Source of the DNA: Trypanosoma brucei
Taxonomy: Eukaryota
NCBI GenBank assembly: GCA_000002445.1
Contig: CP000068.1
Coordinates: forward strand, 928,001-992,000
Length of the DNA stretch: 64,000 bases
Reading direction: 5' to 3'
A program made the translations under genes and the position numbers. Positions 40,701-50,472 of the stretch are shown here, piece by piece. The notes under the pieces were generated by a model. That model was not told where the DNA came from and searched no databases. It was given only the letters and a program-made list of their open reading frames with translations. Numbering within the stretch: the stretch's first letter is position 1; every line of letters starts with the position of its first letter.

Positions 40701-41357
40701 TCAGAAACCCAACCCCAGCAGCCAGTGGTGCAACACCATACGACCATCAAGTGCCACATTGTACACATAAATGGAGTGGCTCCGCACAAATATTTTTTTT
40801 GTTGGAAAAATCTTGAGCAGTTCCTCCTCAAAGCGGAACATATCGCCCTCCACCTGTTGGATGCGGAGGTAAAATGCTGGCATTAAGTTACGAGGATGCA
40901 TAGAGAACACCTTTCCTGGAAGTACACCGTTACTGCTGCGGTGTACGAAAAATGGAATCGTATCGAGCGGATCAGCGGGTCCTAAAGGCGGAAGGTACCC
41001 AACAGCAGAATCCCTTCCCACTACACCAACTGCTTCGGGTTCTTCTTGACAACGTTGCGGTGGGCACAATTTAGCGAAGTCGTGCAATTTGTATCGGAGC
41101 GGTAGTTTCAGCAGCTCGTCGTAAACATCGCTTCGCAGCGCACGGTTCCATTTGCTATATTGAATTCGCGGCACCGGAAGAGCGGCCGCAACGTTCGCCT
41201 CAGGAGGCATTGCACCAGCAGAAATATTTGCCGCCACATCCGTTGGGCTCACAATGTTGATGTATTTTCCGGTACTGGGCATTACATCACGCCCCAGCGA
41301 TGTGTTTGCCGCGGTTCCTCCGAGCCACACGCGGCGCAAACGTGACCGGTTCAGCAT
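40701..41357 (-). CDS. Hypothetical protein (218 aa) with a presequence-like N-terminus (MLNRSRLRRVW)
   Basis: ATG start confirmed (cat at 41355-41357 on the plus strand). Uninterrupted ORF in register with the minus-strand cluster. Confidence 0.5.
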   Translation of the reverse strand: MLNRSRLRRVWLGGTAANTSLGRDVMPSTGKYINIVSPTDVAANISAGAMPPEANVAAALPVPRIQYSKWNRALRSDVYDELLKLPLRYKLHDFAKLCPPQRCQEEPEAVGVVGRDSAVGYLPPLGPADPLDTIPFFVHRSSNGVLPGKVFSMHPRNLMPAFYLRIQQVEGDMFRFEEELLKIFPTKKIFVRSHSIYVYNVALDGRMVLHHWLLGLGF

Positions 41358-42337
41358 TTGTACCTAAGACGCTAAAAAGGATTAGTTCAGAGCCTCTCTG
41401 ATTTTGCTGATTTCACCGCCAATGTAAAAAATTACGTATAAATGTATACGTGCGCAAGTAAGTAATATCCTAAGTGAGCGTGGATATGTCCGTTTACCAA
41501 AAACAAGCGTTCTTTACCCAACTCTCCACACAGCTCTGTGCGTGTGTCTCAATTGTTGCGGGCTGCTTCAACAGTTGAACAAACAATGCAGAAGAAAGAA
41601 GGAAAGCCAACAACGACAATATGTATATATATATATATATATACATGCGCACGCACACGAATACGTGCACGTGGTGAGGTAGACAAGGTTGTATAGAAGA
41701 ATATCAAGGCATGAAGAGAAAATGGGGCTTCCTTTTCCCCAACGTGTGCAAATGTTTGCAACGGAATACTGCATTGCCTTTCTCTTTCTCCCGTGCTTTA
41801 GCAGTGCACTACGTTATGTATGTAGGAATGATGAGGCGCCAGGGTAGTGGTTTCTGCACGCTGAAGTATTGCTACCTCAGACATACAAACATCAACCTCC
41901 TCTTTCCAGCTGCCATCACTAATATTAAATTCTTATGTTAAGACTTCTTTCCCTCGTTTCTACAAAGTTTCATTGCACTCCTTGTCGGCCCCCCCCTCCC
42001 CGGATACGCCCATCGCTCGACCCTTCACTTCACTTTTCCCCCCTCTCTTTTCTTTTTCTTTTTTTCCTTTTTGAAAGTAGCCCCTCTCCTCAAACAAATC
42101 TGGAGCCTTTCTTTATGACGTATAACCTGAACTGTTCACCCCATGCCATCATTCGCTTCCCATTTGCTATCGCCCCATCGCATATGCACATGTACGCGCA
42201 CACATACATACACGTATATATATACACATACACATATATATATATATATATTGTTGTTACCTCGTCGGATGAGGGTTTCAACACGACAGAGGGGGGAGAG
42301 AGGAGGAGGCACTAATACTTCAATATGTTCCTTACGC

Positions 42338-43279
42338 CTAAAGTGTCATGGCTTGGCGTCGTGCACGGGAACGTTTGCCAACCTGCGCACTGTACGTTGC
42401 CGATCCTACTGCTTGCACAGAGCGCGTAGCTGTGCACCAATTGCACCGCAATTCCATACGCCTACCCTCCTTCGTTAGTGTGGTGTCAATCTTGTGGCAT
42501 GAGTTACACTTCACGTACTCGTCCAAATACTTTATCAAAATTTTATCGAAATCTGTCACTTTCTGAATTTCATACTTGAGAATGAGAGAGTCGTTGCTGT
42601 CAAGGTTCCCACCAACAGAGAGCTCCTTCTCAATATAATCCTTCACATCCTCAATAGGGCGGCTGAACACCTCACATATTCTGCGAAAGTTGACAATAAC
42701 AACCTTCTTTTTACTTATTTTCTCCACCTGCGGCACAGGTAGCTGATTGCGCTCCGACATGCCGCTGCTCTCTTTGTTACGGTTTAGCGCAATAAAGATT
42801 CGCTGCAGCATATCATTGTAGGTATATCCAGTGCAAACCTCAGAGCCCGTGCCGTTGGAGTTGTTGTTGTTGCTGCTGCTGCTGCCGGTAACGTCGAGGA
42901 AACGTTCCACACGAGGCGCATGATTTGTTTTCCGCCGTTGCTGATCAAACTCGGCCATCCGCCGCTCCACTTCGCTTCGAGTTACTTGTTGAAGCAACGC
43001 GTGAAGATCTGCCGCGCTGTACGTGTCGTATGCTATTGCAAAAATATCCTCTGCGACTACGGGACTCGGTGCTACCGGCGGTGGAGGATTTGTTGTGGTT
43101 GTGGTTGGGCCCGAAACGCTGGATGTTACGAAGGGATCTTTTAATGTCGTGGCCTCCTCATACGGTACCGCTTCACTCGCGCGCGGAGCTTTGGAGCGGC
43201 GGTTGTCACCAGCGGCATTTGCCCCTCGGGAACGGCCCCCAAGCCGTAACTCTTTTGAAACTTCCGGTTGTTCAGCCAT
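42338..43279 (-). CDS. Eukaryotic translation initiation factor 2 beta subunit (eIF2-beta)
   Basis: C-terminal eIF2beta/eIF5 domain YTYNDMLQRIFIALNRN...KKVVIVNFRRICEVFSRPIEDVKDYIEKELSVGGNLD...LILKYEIQ...ILIKYLDEYVKCNSCHKIDTTLTKEGRRMELRCNWC (C2-C2 zinc ribbon). The N-terminal region is Lys/Ser/Pro-rich. ATG start confirmed. Confidence 0.85.
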   Translation of the reverse strand: MAEQPEVSKELRLGGRSRGANAAGDNRRSKAPRASEAVPYEEATTLKDPFVTSSVSGPTTTTTNPPPPVAPSPVVAEDIFAIAYDTYSAADLHALLQQVTRSEVERRMAEFDQQRRKTNHAPRVERFLDVTGSSSSNNNNSNGTGSEVCTGYTYNDMLQRIFIALNRNKESSGMSERNQLPVPQVEKISKKKVVIVNFRRICEVFSRPIEDVKDYIEKELSVGGNLDSNDSLILKYEIQKVTDFDKILIKYLDEYVKCNSCHKIDTTLTKEGRRMELRCNWCTATRSVQAVGSATYSAQVGKRSRARRQAMTL

Positions 43280-44895
43280 CTTGTTGTCCTTCTTTTTTCC
43301 TTCTTTTCTCCCTTTATTGTTATTACTATTATCCTACTGCTTCTTAATTTATTTTACCCGCTTGCTTATATACCGCTACTTTTCCTCTTCTTGTAACTTC
43401 TAAAAGTTTTTATTTAGTTATTATTTTTTTTTTGCGGTCCCCGCACACGCTCACCCCCCAAACACCGGTGTCAATACGGAAAAAAAAAGAAAAAGAAATG
43501 GGGAAATTTTTGTAATGGTACATTTATTCGACCGGTTGTTTCTTGAAACCACTGCTTCCTTTTTCTTCCTTTTTAGTAACATTCCCCTTCACATCCGCAA
43601 CTCTTTTCTTTTCTTTTGATGACATTCCACATATATATATATATATATCGGGTAACGTTACTTCTGAATGTATTGCAGAGAGGTGTGTGTGTGATTACGC
43701 CTTGCATTGAAGTGCAGAAACCAACTCGTCGAGTGAGTTAATAATTATGACAATAATAATGATAATAAATAGTAATGATAATATAATTCAAATATGCGTT
43801 AAGAAAATAATGTCATAAATAAATAATTATATATATATGTATACTTATGTAGATGAAGTAGACCTTCTTTTAATGGACTACAACTCCCCCCACCCCCCCC
43901 AAAAAAAACGAATCAAAAAAAAAGGATTAAAAAATATTGGTGATGAGAGCTGACAACTTTGTTCCCATCATTACCACAGATTCCGTTTATTTCCCTTCTT
44001 TTTTTTCTTTTCCCCTTCCTCCTCTTCTCTACGGCCGTTTTTAATATTCATATATTTGACATTAGCTGTTTTTAGTTGTAACGAAACCAATTGGAGAAAG
44101 CGGAAAGTAAGGAAACAAAAACGCAAAGGGGAATAAAGAAATACAAATGCTAGAAAAGAAATCGTACGAAGAAGGGGGGAGGCTTAAAAATAAAACAAAC
44201 AAACAAACATGCAAACAAGTAAAAATGACATCGTCTTACAAAAATGGGGAAAGGGGAAAAAATAAAAATTTAAACAAGCCGACTCATGGAAACAATTTAC
44301 AGTTTATCGTGCATGGACATGTTTATCTGCAGAATAAAGTAAAATAAAATAAAAACAACGGTAACGACAACGTCAAAAGAGAAAAAAATAAAAAAAAATA
44401 GGGCAATTCATCCAGTCAGATAGGAATCCCACCGCATTCACTCTGTTGAATACAAATAAATATTTTTAAAAAAAACCGTTATTTATTTATATTTTTTATA
44501 TTTTAAGAGTCGTGACACACGGGTTAATAGGAGGAACAAATAAGTCAAAACATAACGTAGCAACACATTCAAATTTACACCAAAGGAAAACAAAACAGAA
44601 AAAAAATCAAAAATAAAAGAAGACAAGAATCAAGGAATCGTGTTGCAATTCGGATTTTTACAAGAGATATAACAAAATAATATACGTAAAGAAAACAAAC
44701 TTTTATCTGTCCTTTGCACTTTAGTAAAATTGCTTAGTCAATTGCTTGGCTGTTGGTAAAAATAAAAATAAAAAAACAAATTAGTGAATTAATGAATTAG
44801 AAACTGCAGCACGGAAATATAAAGGTGGACCTCTGCGTTTCACTCTTCTCTTTTTTTATTTCAATTTCGTGTGCCGACTCGAAAAAAAAAATCCA

Positions 44896-44899
44896 CATA

Positions 44900-44940
<41 letters not shown>
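44896..44940. repeat. (TA)n microsatellite, imperfect, about 20 units
   Basis: catatatatgtgtat(at)16. Confidence 0.9.
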
Positions 44941-44943
<3 letters not shown>

Positions 44944-44986
44944 TTTTTTCTGCTTTCACTTCCATCAATGAACACGAAATGAGATA

Positions 44987-44989
<3 letters not shown>

Positions 44990-45051
<62 letters not shown>
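44990..45051. repeat. (AT)31 perfect dinucleotide microsatellite
   Basis: 62 nt of uninterrupted alternating AT. Confidence 0.95.
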
Positions 45052-45053
<2 letters not shown>

Positions 45054-46406
45054 ATAAGGGGAGGGATAAAATAATAGCAAAAGTTATCATCACTATAACG
45101 ATAGATAACAAAAAAAACTATCTTTAAAAGCGTAACCAAACACAACCACACACCTGCATTCGTAACTGTACTGTAATGACAGATAAATCAATGGAAATGG
45201 ACGGTAGAAGTTGAACCAAAACTTAGGACAGAAATCAAAAAGTTTAAGTGAATGGTAAAATAGCAAAGACAAAAGAGAAAACACGCGAGAGGAATGAACA
45301 ACACCACAAACCAAAAATACAATAAAAAAATAAAAAGAGAAGAAATGAGTGAAACAAATGGGGGTAATAAAAAGCGTTTTTTTTAAATTTTGCGGCTGCT
45401 GACACATTAAAAGTTCTCATTCTCTCCGTCTCACACACAAGCGTACGATAATAATTTCCTCCTCTCGAATGGAAGACGTTTAAAAACACGCTAAAAATAA
45501 AATGAATGTGTCGCAAACGTGATGCACCGGATTGGGGAGAAGTATTGAAACAAATGCGTGATAAATATTTGCAGAGATAAAAAAAAATGATAGAAACCTG
45601 TTCCCTTTGACTTTTTTTTCCCCTTCCCCACCCTGTATTCCACTATTTGTTTTCTTTGTGCGGCTTTGGTGTTGTCCGCCTATTGCCGTTTTATTCTCTT
45701 TATTTCTTTGCGTATATATCTATCCTCCTTTCCCTTCTTCCTAAACCGCCTGGTTAGGGGAGACACTCCGCTGGCATCAAAAACAAAATAGAGTCAAGCG
45801 GAGCATGGAGGGAAAAGGAAAAGAAAAACAACAACAACACCTTCGTGTTATTGTTTCACTCATAACTTTTGCGTAGGGAATGGTAGAAAGGAATAAATGT
45901 ATATTTTAATAAAGGAGCGAAGGGGGAAAGCAAAAGCAAAACAAAGGAAAAATACAGACAAAAAAGGAATTTAAAACAGAAAAAATTGAACAATACGTAT
46001 TGATTTCTTTCGGGTTGTCACGTTTTGTCTGATTTCTCTTCCGACACCCGTGTTTTTATGTAACCAAATACGGGTAGGAGAATAAAAACAAGAAATATAT
46101 AAAGAAAATAATGATAAGGAAGGAGGGATAGAGCGATAAGGGTACAACATACACCTTATTTTCTTTCCTTTCATCCGCTAACTTAAGCGAACGTACCGGT
46201 AGATCATTCGACCGATTCCTTGTTTGTTTTTTCGCTTGTGCCTCCTCCCTCCCCCCCCCCCATACACACATCACCCACAAAACACCGTACATCACACGCC
46301 GTGCATCCAACCACATTAAAAACATGGAGACAAGATAGAAAAGAAAAACAAACAAACAAAAACCAGAAGAACACTGAGAGACTACCAGACACACACACAC
46401 AGTCGA

Positions 46407-47507
46407 TTACGTGGGACCAAATAAGGGAAAGAAACTATAGGAACCTTCGCCACCACTCCATGAATTATCTTTAAAACAAGACTGCGAGAAAGGTGACGAC
46501 AACCTCAGATGCGGCTCCACGTCGCATTGGGGTGCAAACGTTGGCACAAGTGGCCGAAAAGATGACTCCCGCCATGTCATTTCCCGCCCCACGCCTTTGG
46601 GTTTTGTAGGAGTTTTAGGTGCCATTGGCTTCAGATGAGGTGAACCCGCCGCAACTACGTTTAAAACGTTGGGACTCAGCTGCTTCAGGCGCCGTGGGTT
46701 AGTAGGGGGTGGGATCGATTTAATCGTGTTCATTTGTATCGACAGTTGTTGAAGTTCAACAGTTTTTCGGCCCAAGCAACACGTGATGATCGACGTGGAA
46801 AGAAGTCTCGATTTGTTGGAATCGCTAACCAACACCAAATGATCCGATACGTCAAGTTTGTGAGTTTCACGAGCAGGAGAGCGCGCCGGTGGACTCCTTG
46901 TCACTTCCTGTACGTCCTTCACACCTTCTTTCGCATTGGCAAACAACCCCCAAGCACTCGGGCCACTCCAGTCGCGCAGTTGTGACTCCGTTGAAGGCAT
47001 CGCAACTTCACTTTGCCACCGCGATTGTAGCTGACGATCCCCCCGAGTTTGCACTTCCAGGAGAGAAGGAAGGTGAAGTGGAGCCACTACGGGGGATTTT
47101 TTTTGAGCGAGTTCATTCGCAAATGCATACGTCCCCCAGGAGCAGACGGTTGACTCTGCGCTCCGGATTTTGCTCTCACGACGGCTCCTCCCTATTCTTG
47201 GTGAGGTTAAAGGACCACGGGAATTGGATGTGCTTGTCCTCGTTGTTGAATGCGTTTCACGTGTCGTTAGTGTCGGTAACTTCATTCCCGCTAATCCTTT
47301 CCATGATTTTGAATCAGCGCTCTTCTCATCTACGCTGCTCAAACGGGGCAGCAGAAACCGCGATCGACTACCCCTTTCGTTGAAGTTGGAACCCGCGTCG
47401 CAGGAAATACATGCCGTTCTTCTGCGTGTGTGTGTATTCTTCTGCCTTCCAGTGTCATCGGTTGTATTGGGCGTGTCTGTGGGGTTTGCATTCACAAAAT
47501 TTTTCAT
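46407..47507 (-). CDS. Hypothetical low-complexity (Ser/Thr/Arg/Pro-rich) protein; coding status uncertain
   Basis: A 386-codon open frame whose track start is GTG; the first ATG gives 367 aa. No recognisable domain. It sits between two long AT-rich spacers. Confidence 0.4.
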   Translation of the reverse strand: MKNFVNANPTDTPNTTDDTGRQKNTHTRRRTACISCDAGSNFNERGSRSRFLLPRLSSVDEKSADSKSWKGLAGMKLPTLTTRETHSTTRTSTSNSRGPLTSPRIGRSRRESKIRSAESTVCSWGTYAFANELAQKKSPVVAPLHLPSLLEVQTRGDRQLQSRWQSEVAMPSTESQLRDWSGPSAWGLFANAKEGVKDVQEVTRSPPARSPARETHKLDVSDHLVLVSDSNKSRLLSTSIITCCLGRKTVELQQLSIQMNTIKSIPPPTNPRRLKQLSPNVLNVVAAGSPHLKPMAPKTPTKPKGVGREMTWRESSFRPLVPTFAPQCDVEPHLRLSSPFSQSCFKDNSWSGGEGSYSFFPLFGPT

Positions 47508-48449
47508 CTCCTCCCTCGGGAAAGATTCTATATCACACCTCCGGTGATGTGTCCAGCAGCAAAACACTGAACTGTTTTCCAGAAGTTTTGGTTTTCAGCC
47601 CACGCCACCGCTTGTAATACAAGACCTCGGGTCTACTCAGAATAATTCTTTCGGCTTACCCCTGTTGCACGACTCACCTCCTCCTTGCCACAGTGGAGTT
47701 ACGCTTTAACCTCTTTCTTTTATTTTCCTTCTCTCGTGCTGTTGTTGCCTTTTTTTTTTTAGTGCACCGGCCAATGCGCATACACTTCTATATATTACGT
47801 ACAAATACCGTTTGCACTCAACAAAATGCCACAAAGCCCAACTCCTTTACTTTAACAGAAACCCCACTTCTTTTTTTCTTTTTAATGTATAAATAAAGTG
47901 GTCCAGGTATTCTGGCTATTATTACAACTTATTGTCCACCTTTATAATTTTATGTCTTCACCCTATGTACTTCACGCCCCCCTTTTTGTCTTTTTAGTTT
48001 TCTTAACTCCCGTTTCAGGTGACAAAAAGAGACGAAGCCAATCTCCCTTGGCGATATCTTCTCCACAAAGATATATTTCACTCCCTTTTGTTTCCTTCCC
48101 CACTCCCTTTGGAGCCACTCGGCGGATTTTAAAAGATCGCCCCTGCAGCTGTGGAGAGTCTAATAACAGTGGAGGTGATGCTGTAATCACAATGTAAAGG
48201 GTATCGTCCAGAAGAGGAGGGAGAAAAGAAATAAACAAATAAATAACGGAGCCGTTACGATTAGGAGGTTGAGAACAAGAGAGCAGTAAGTAACGTTATG
48301 AGTTGGGTCACAATGGCACAAGAGAGAAAAAAAGTTAACAACCGTTAGACTCCTACTGATGTGTATGTACGCGCGTGTTTGCGTACGCGTACGTGATGCA
48401 GTGACGCGTGGTAGATGCGGAAGCAAATAAAATGAATGACTGCAGTTCG

Positions 48450-49100
48450 TTACTCCTCTCCTGAAGGTGGGGGAGGCGGGCGCATGGCTTTGTCTTCCTC
48501 CCGTATTTCCACACGATACTCTGCTGAGCTGCGCTGCTGCTGCCAGTGATGGCGTCCACTAGTTGGTCCCAAACCACGTTGTTGGTGAAGGTACTCCCGT
48601 CCCGGTTGCACGTCCTGAAAATGTTGAAACTGCTGCCGACTTAACTCGGGGTCGTAAACTTCCTCCATATATGTTGCCACGTCTTGTCCGGTATCGCGTG
48701 GGATGCCCATGCTGTCGTACTCGTACGTGTGTGTCCGGGTAAAGTTATGGTGCTTCTCAAGCACATATATCGCACGCCGGGCCTCTTCAATACACTCGTC
48801 GATAAGTAACTTTTCCGTGGCGGTCGCTCGTCGGCGGAAAGCAAAGCGGCAGTAGGCGATGAGGCTGCGACGGCGAACACTTTTGAAGTCCATAAGCCCC
48901 TTAATAATGTTGCGGTAGAGAAGCAACACGAGACTTTTGTGCTCTGGTGTTGGTGTGAATTCCCAAACCTCCCTTCGCGCATGAGGACGCGGTTTCACTT
49001 CTTGTTCTTCCTCCGGAGAATGCAGTTTCTGAGTCGGAATGAACTTCTGCCTCAACAGCGGGGTGGAAAATAATACACCTCGCCGCGTTATGGGCAACAT
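48450..49100 (-). CDS. LYR-motif (complex 1 LYR family) protein, probably mitochondrial, with a long C-terminal extension
   Basis: LVLLLYRNIIKGLMDF...RRRSLIAYCRFAFRRR matches the L-Y-R ... F signature of LYRM proteins. Presequence-like MLPITRRGVLFS. ATG start confirmed. Confidence 0.65.
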   Translation of the reverse strand: MLPITRRGVLFSTPLLRQKFIPTQKLHSPEEEQEVKPRPHARREVWEFTPTPEHKSLVLLLYRNIIKGLMDFKSVRRRSLIAYCRFAFRRRATATEKLLIDECIEEARRAIYVLEKHHNFTRTHTYEYDSMGIPRDTGQDVATYMEEVYDPELSRQQFQHFQDVQPGREYLHQQRGLGPTSGRHHWQQQRSSAEYRVEIREEDKAMRPPPPPSGEE

Positions 49101-50143
49101 CCGCCGTCCTCCTAAGAGACGGAATACAAATAAGACAATCCTATGTGGTTCTCCTTGTGTACTGCCGCGTCCTCTAGCCGCTTACACTAACATACACAAC
49201 CACTGGTCGCTGTGTAGGTTACTTCGCGTAATAGTGATAGGAAGGAAGGAATAAAATACGCACACATCAACACACGCACATAAATTGGCACCACGTAACG
49301 GCGCAAATCTTGCCGTTAAAACGTAACGAGGTTTCCGGAACAATATAAGATGACCCTCAACTGCACGTTAACACGCAAATGTAAATACACTTGCGCACAA
49401 CAACATCCCCAATAAAGAGAGAGAGATAGAGTGGTGGGGAAACAGAAAAAGGGACACACAGAAAATTATAGAGCAACGATACAGAAAGGAAACCACAAAT
49501 TAAAACATAGCGAGCCAAAATCTCCCTCTAGGAGGGAACAAAGGGACGGAGGCACGTGTTAGGAACACGCACCAGCAAGTGACCATCATGTCGTCGGTGA
49601 TTTCTCTACAAACCTCCAACCTATACACATTCACACGACGTTTCCAACATTGGAACTTAAAACCAACCACGAAGGAGGGAAGCGCAGGTGTCATTTGCAG
49701 TATAATCACGTCTCACGAGAACCTGAACGTTTTATCCCTCGAACTTCATTTATTATTTGTTGATTGAAAACGAAGTACCATCAAAAAACTTCCACCATAT
49801 ATAAATGCACACATATATATTATATATAAAAACATACGAATATATAGATTTTTTACAGCAATTTCCCCTTCCTTCCTTGCTTTGAAGGGTGCATAGATTC
49901 TATTTTTTCCCCTCTTCCCTCTTGCATGAAAAAGAACCACAAAATCGTATATGACGCACAAACACTTCCTAACACTGTGTACCTGTGTTTCCACCCCCCC
50001 CTCACAAATCACAGAGTACTTCACCAAATCTCACGTTTGTTTTGTTTTCTCCGTTTTTTTTTAAAAAAATCCTCCGCCTTACATACACTACTTTTTCTCA
50101 CTGTCCTCTCCATCTAAGCACATGTTTTAATCTTTTAATTTTA

Positions 50144-50165
50144 CTCTCTCTCTCTCTCTCTCTCT
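50144..50165. repeat. (CT)11 microsatellite
   Basis: ctctctctctctctctctctct. Confidence 0.9.
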
Positions 50166-50394
50166 TTGTCTCCATGTACACGCTGACTACACTACTCTGT
50201 TGACTGATGAGTCCAACCAAACAGCATCTCTAACGTTCTGTCTCTTTTCTTTTTACGCGAGAACATCCCACACAGTGCCCTTAACTTCGCATGCACTACT
50301 CGTTCAATGACTTGCCCCTTTTCAATCTGTTTACCCAGTTTCACACAATCTGCTTTAATACCAAGTGACAAACTCATGTTCAGTACAAAAAAAA

Positions 50395-50418
50395 CACACA
50401 CACACACACACACACACA
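50395..50418. repeat. (CA)12 microsatellite preceded by A8
   Basis: aaaaaaaa cacacacacacacacacacacaca. Confidence 0.9.
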
Positions 50419-50472
50419 TATGTAGCATCATCGAGAGCAACAAGTATGGTACAGCAACGACACTCACAACTC

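Noticed and set aside
44856-45151. Minus-strand ORFs of 74-96 aa rich in IYIYIY
   Set aside because: They are translations of the (TA)n microsatellites, not coding sequence.
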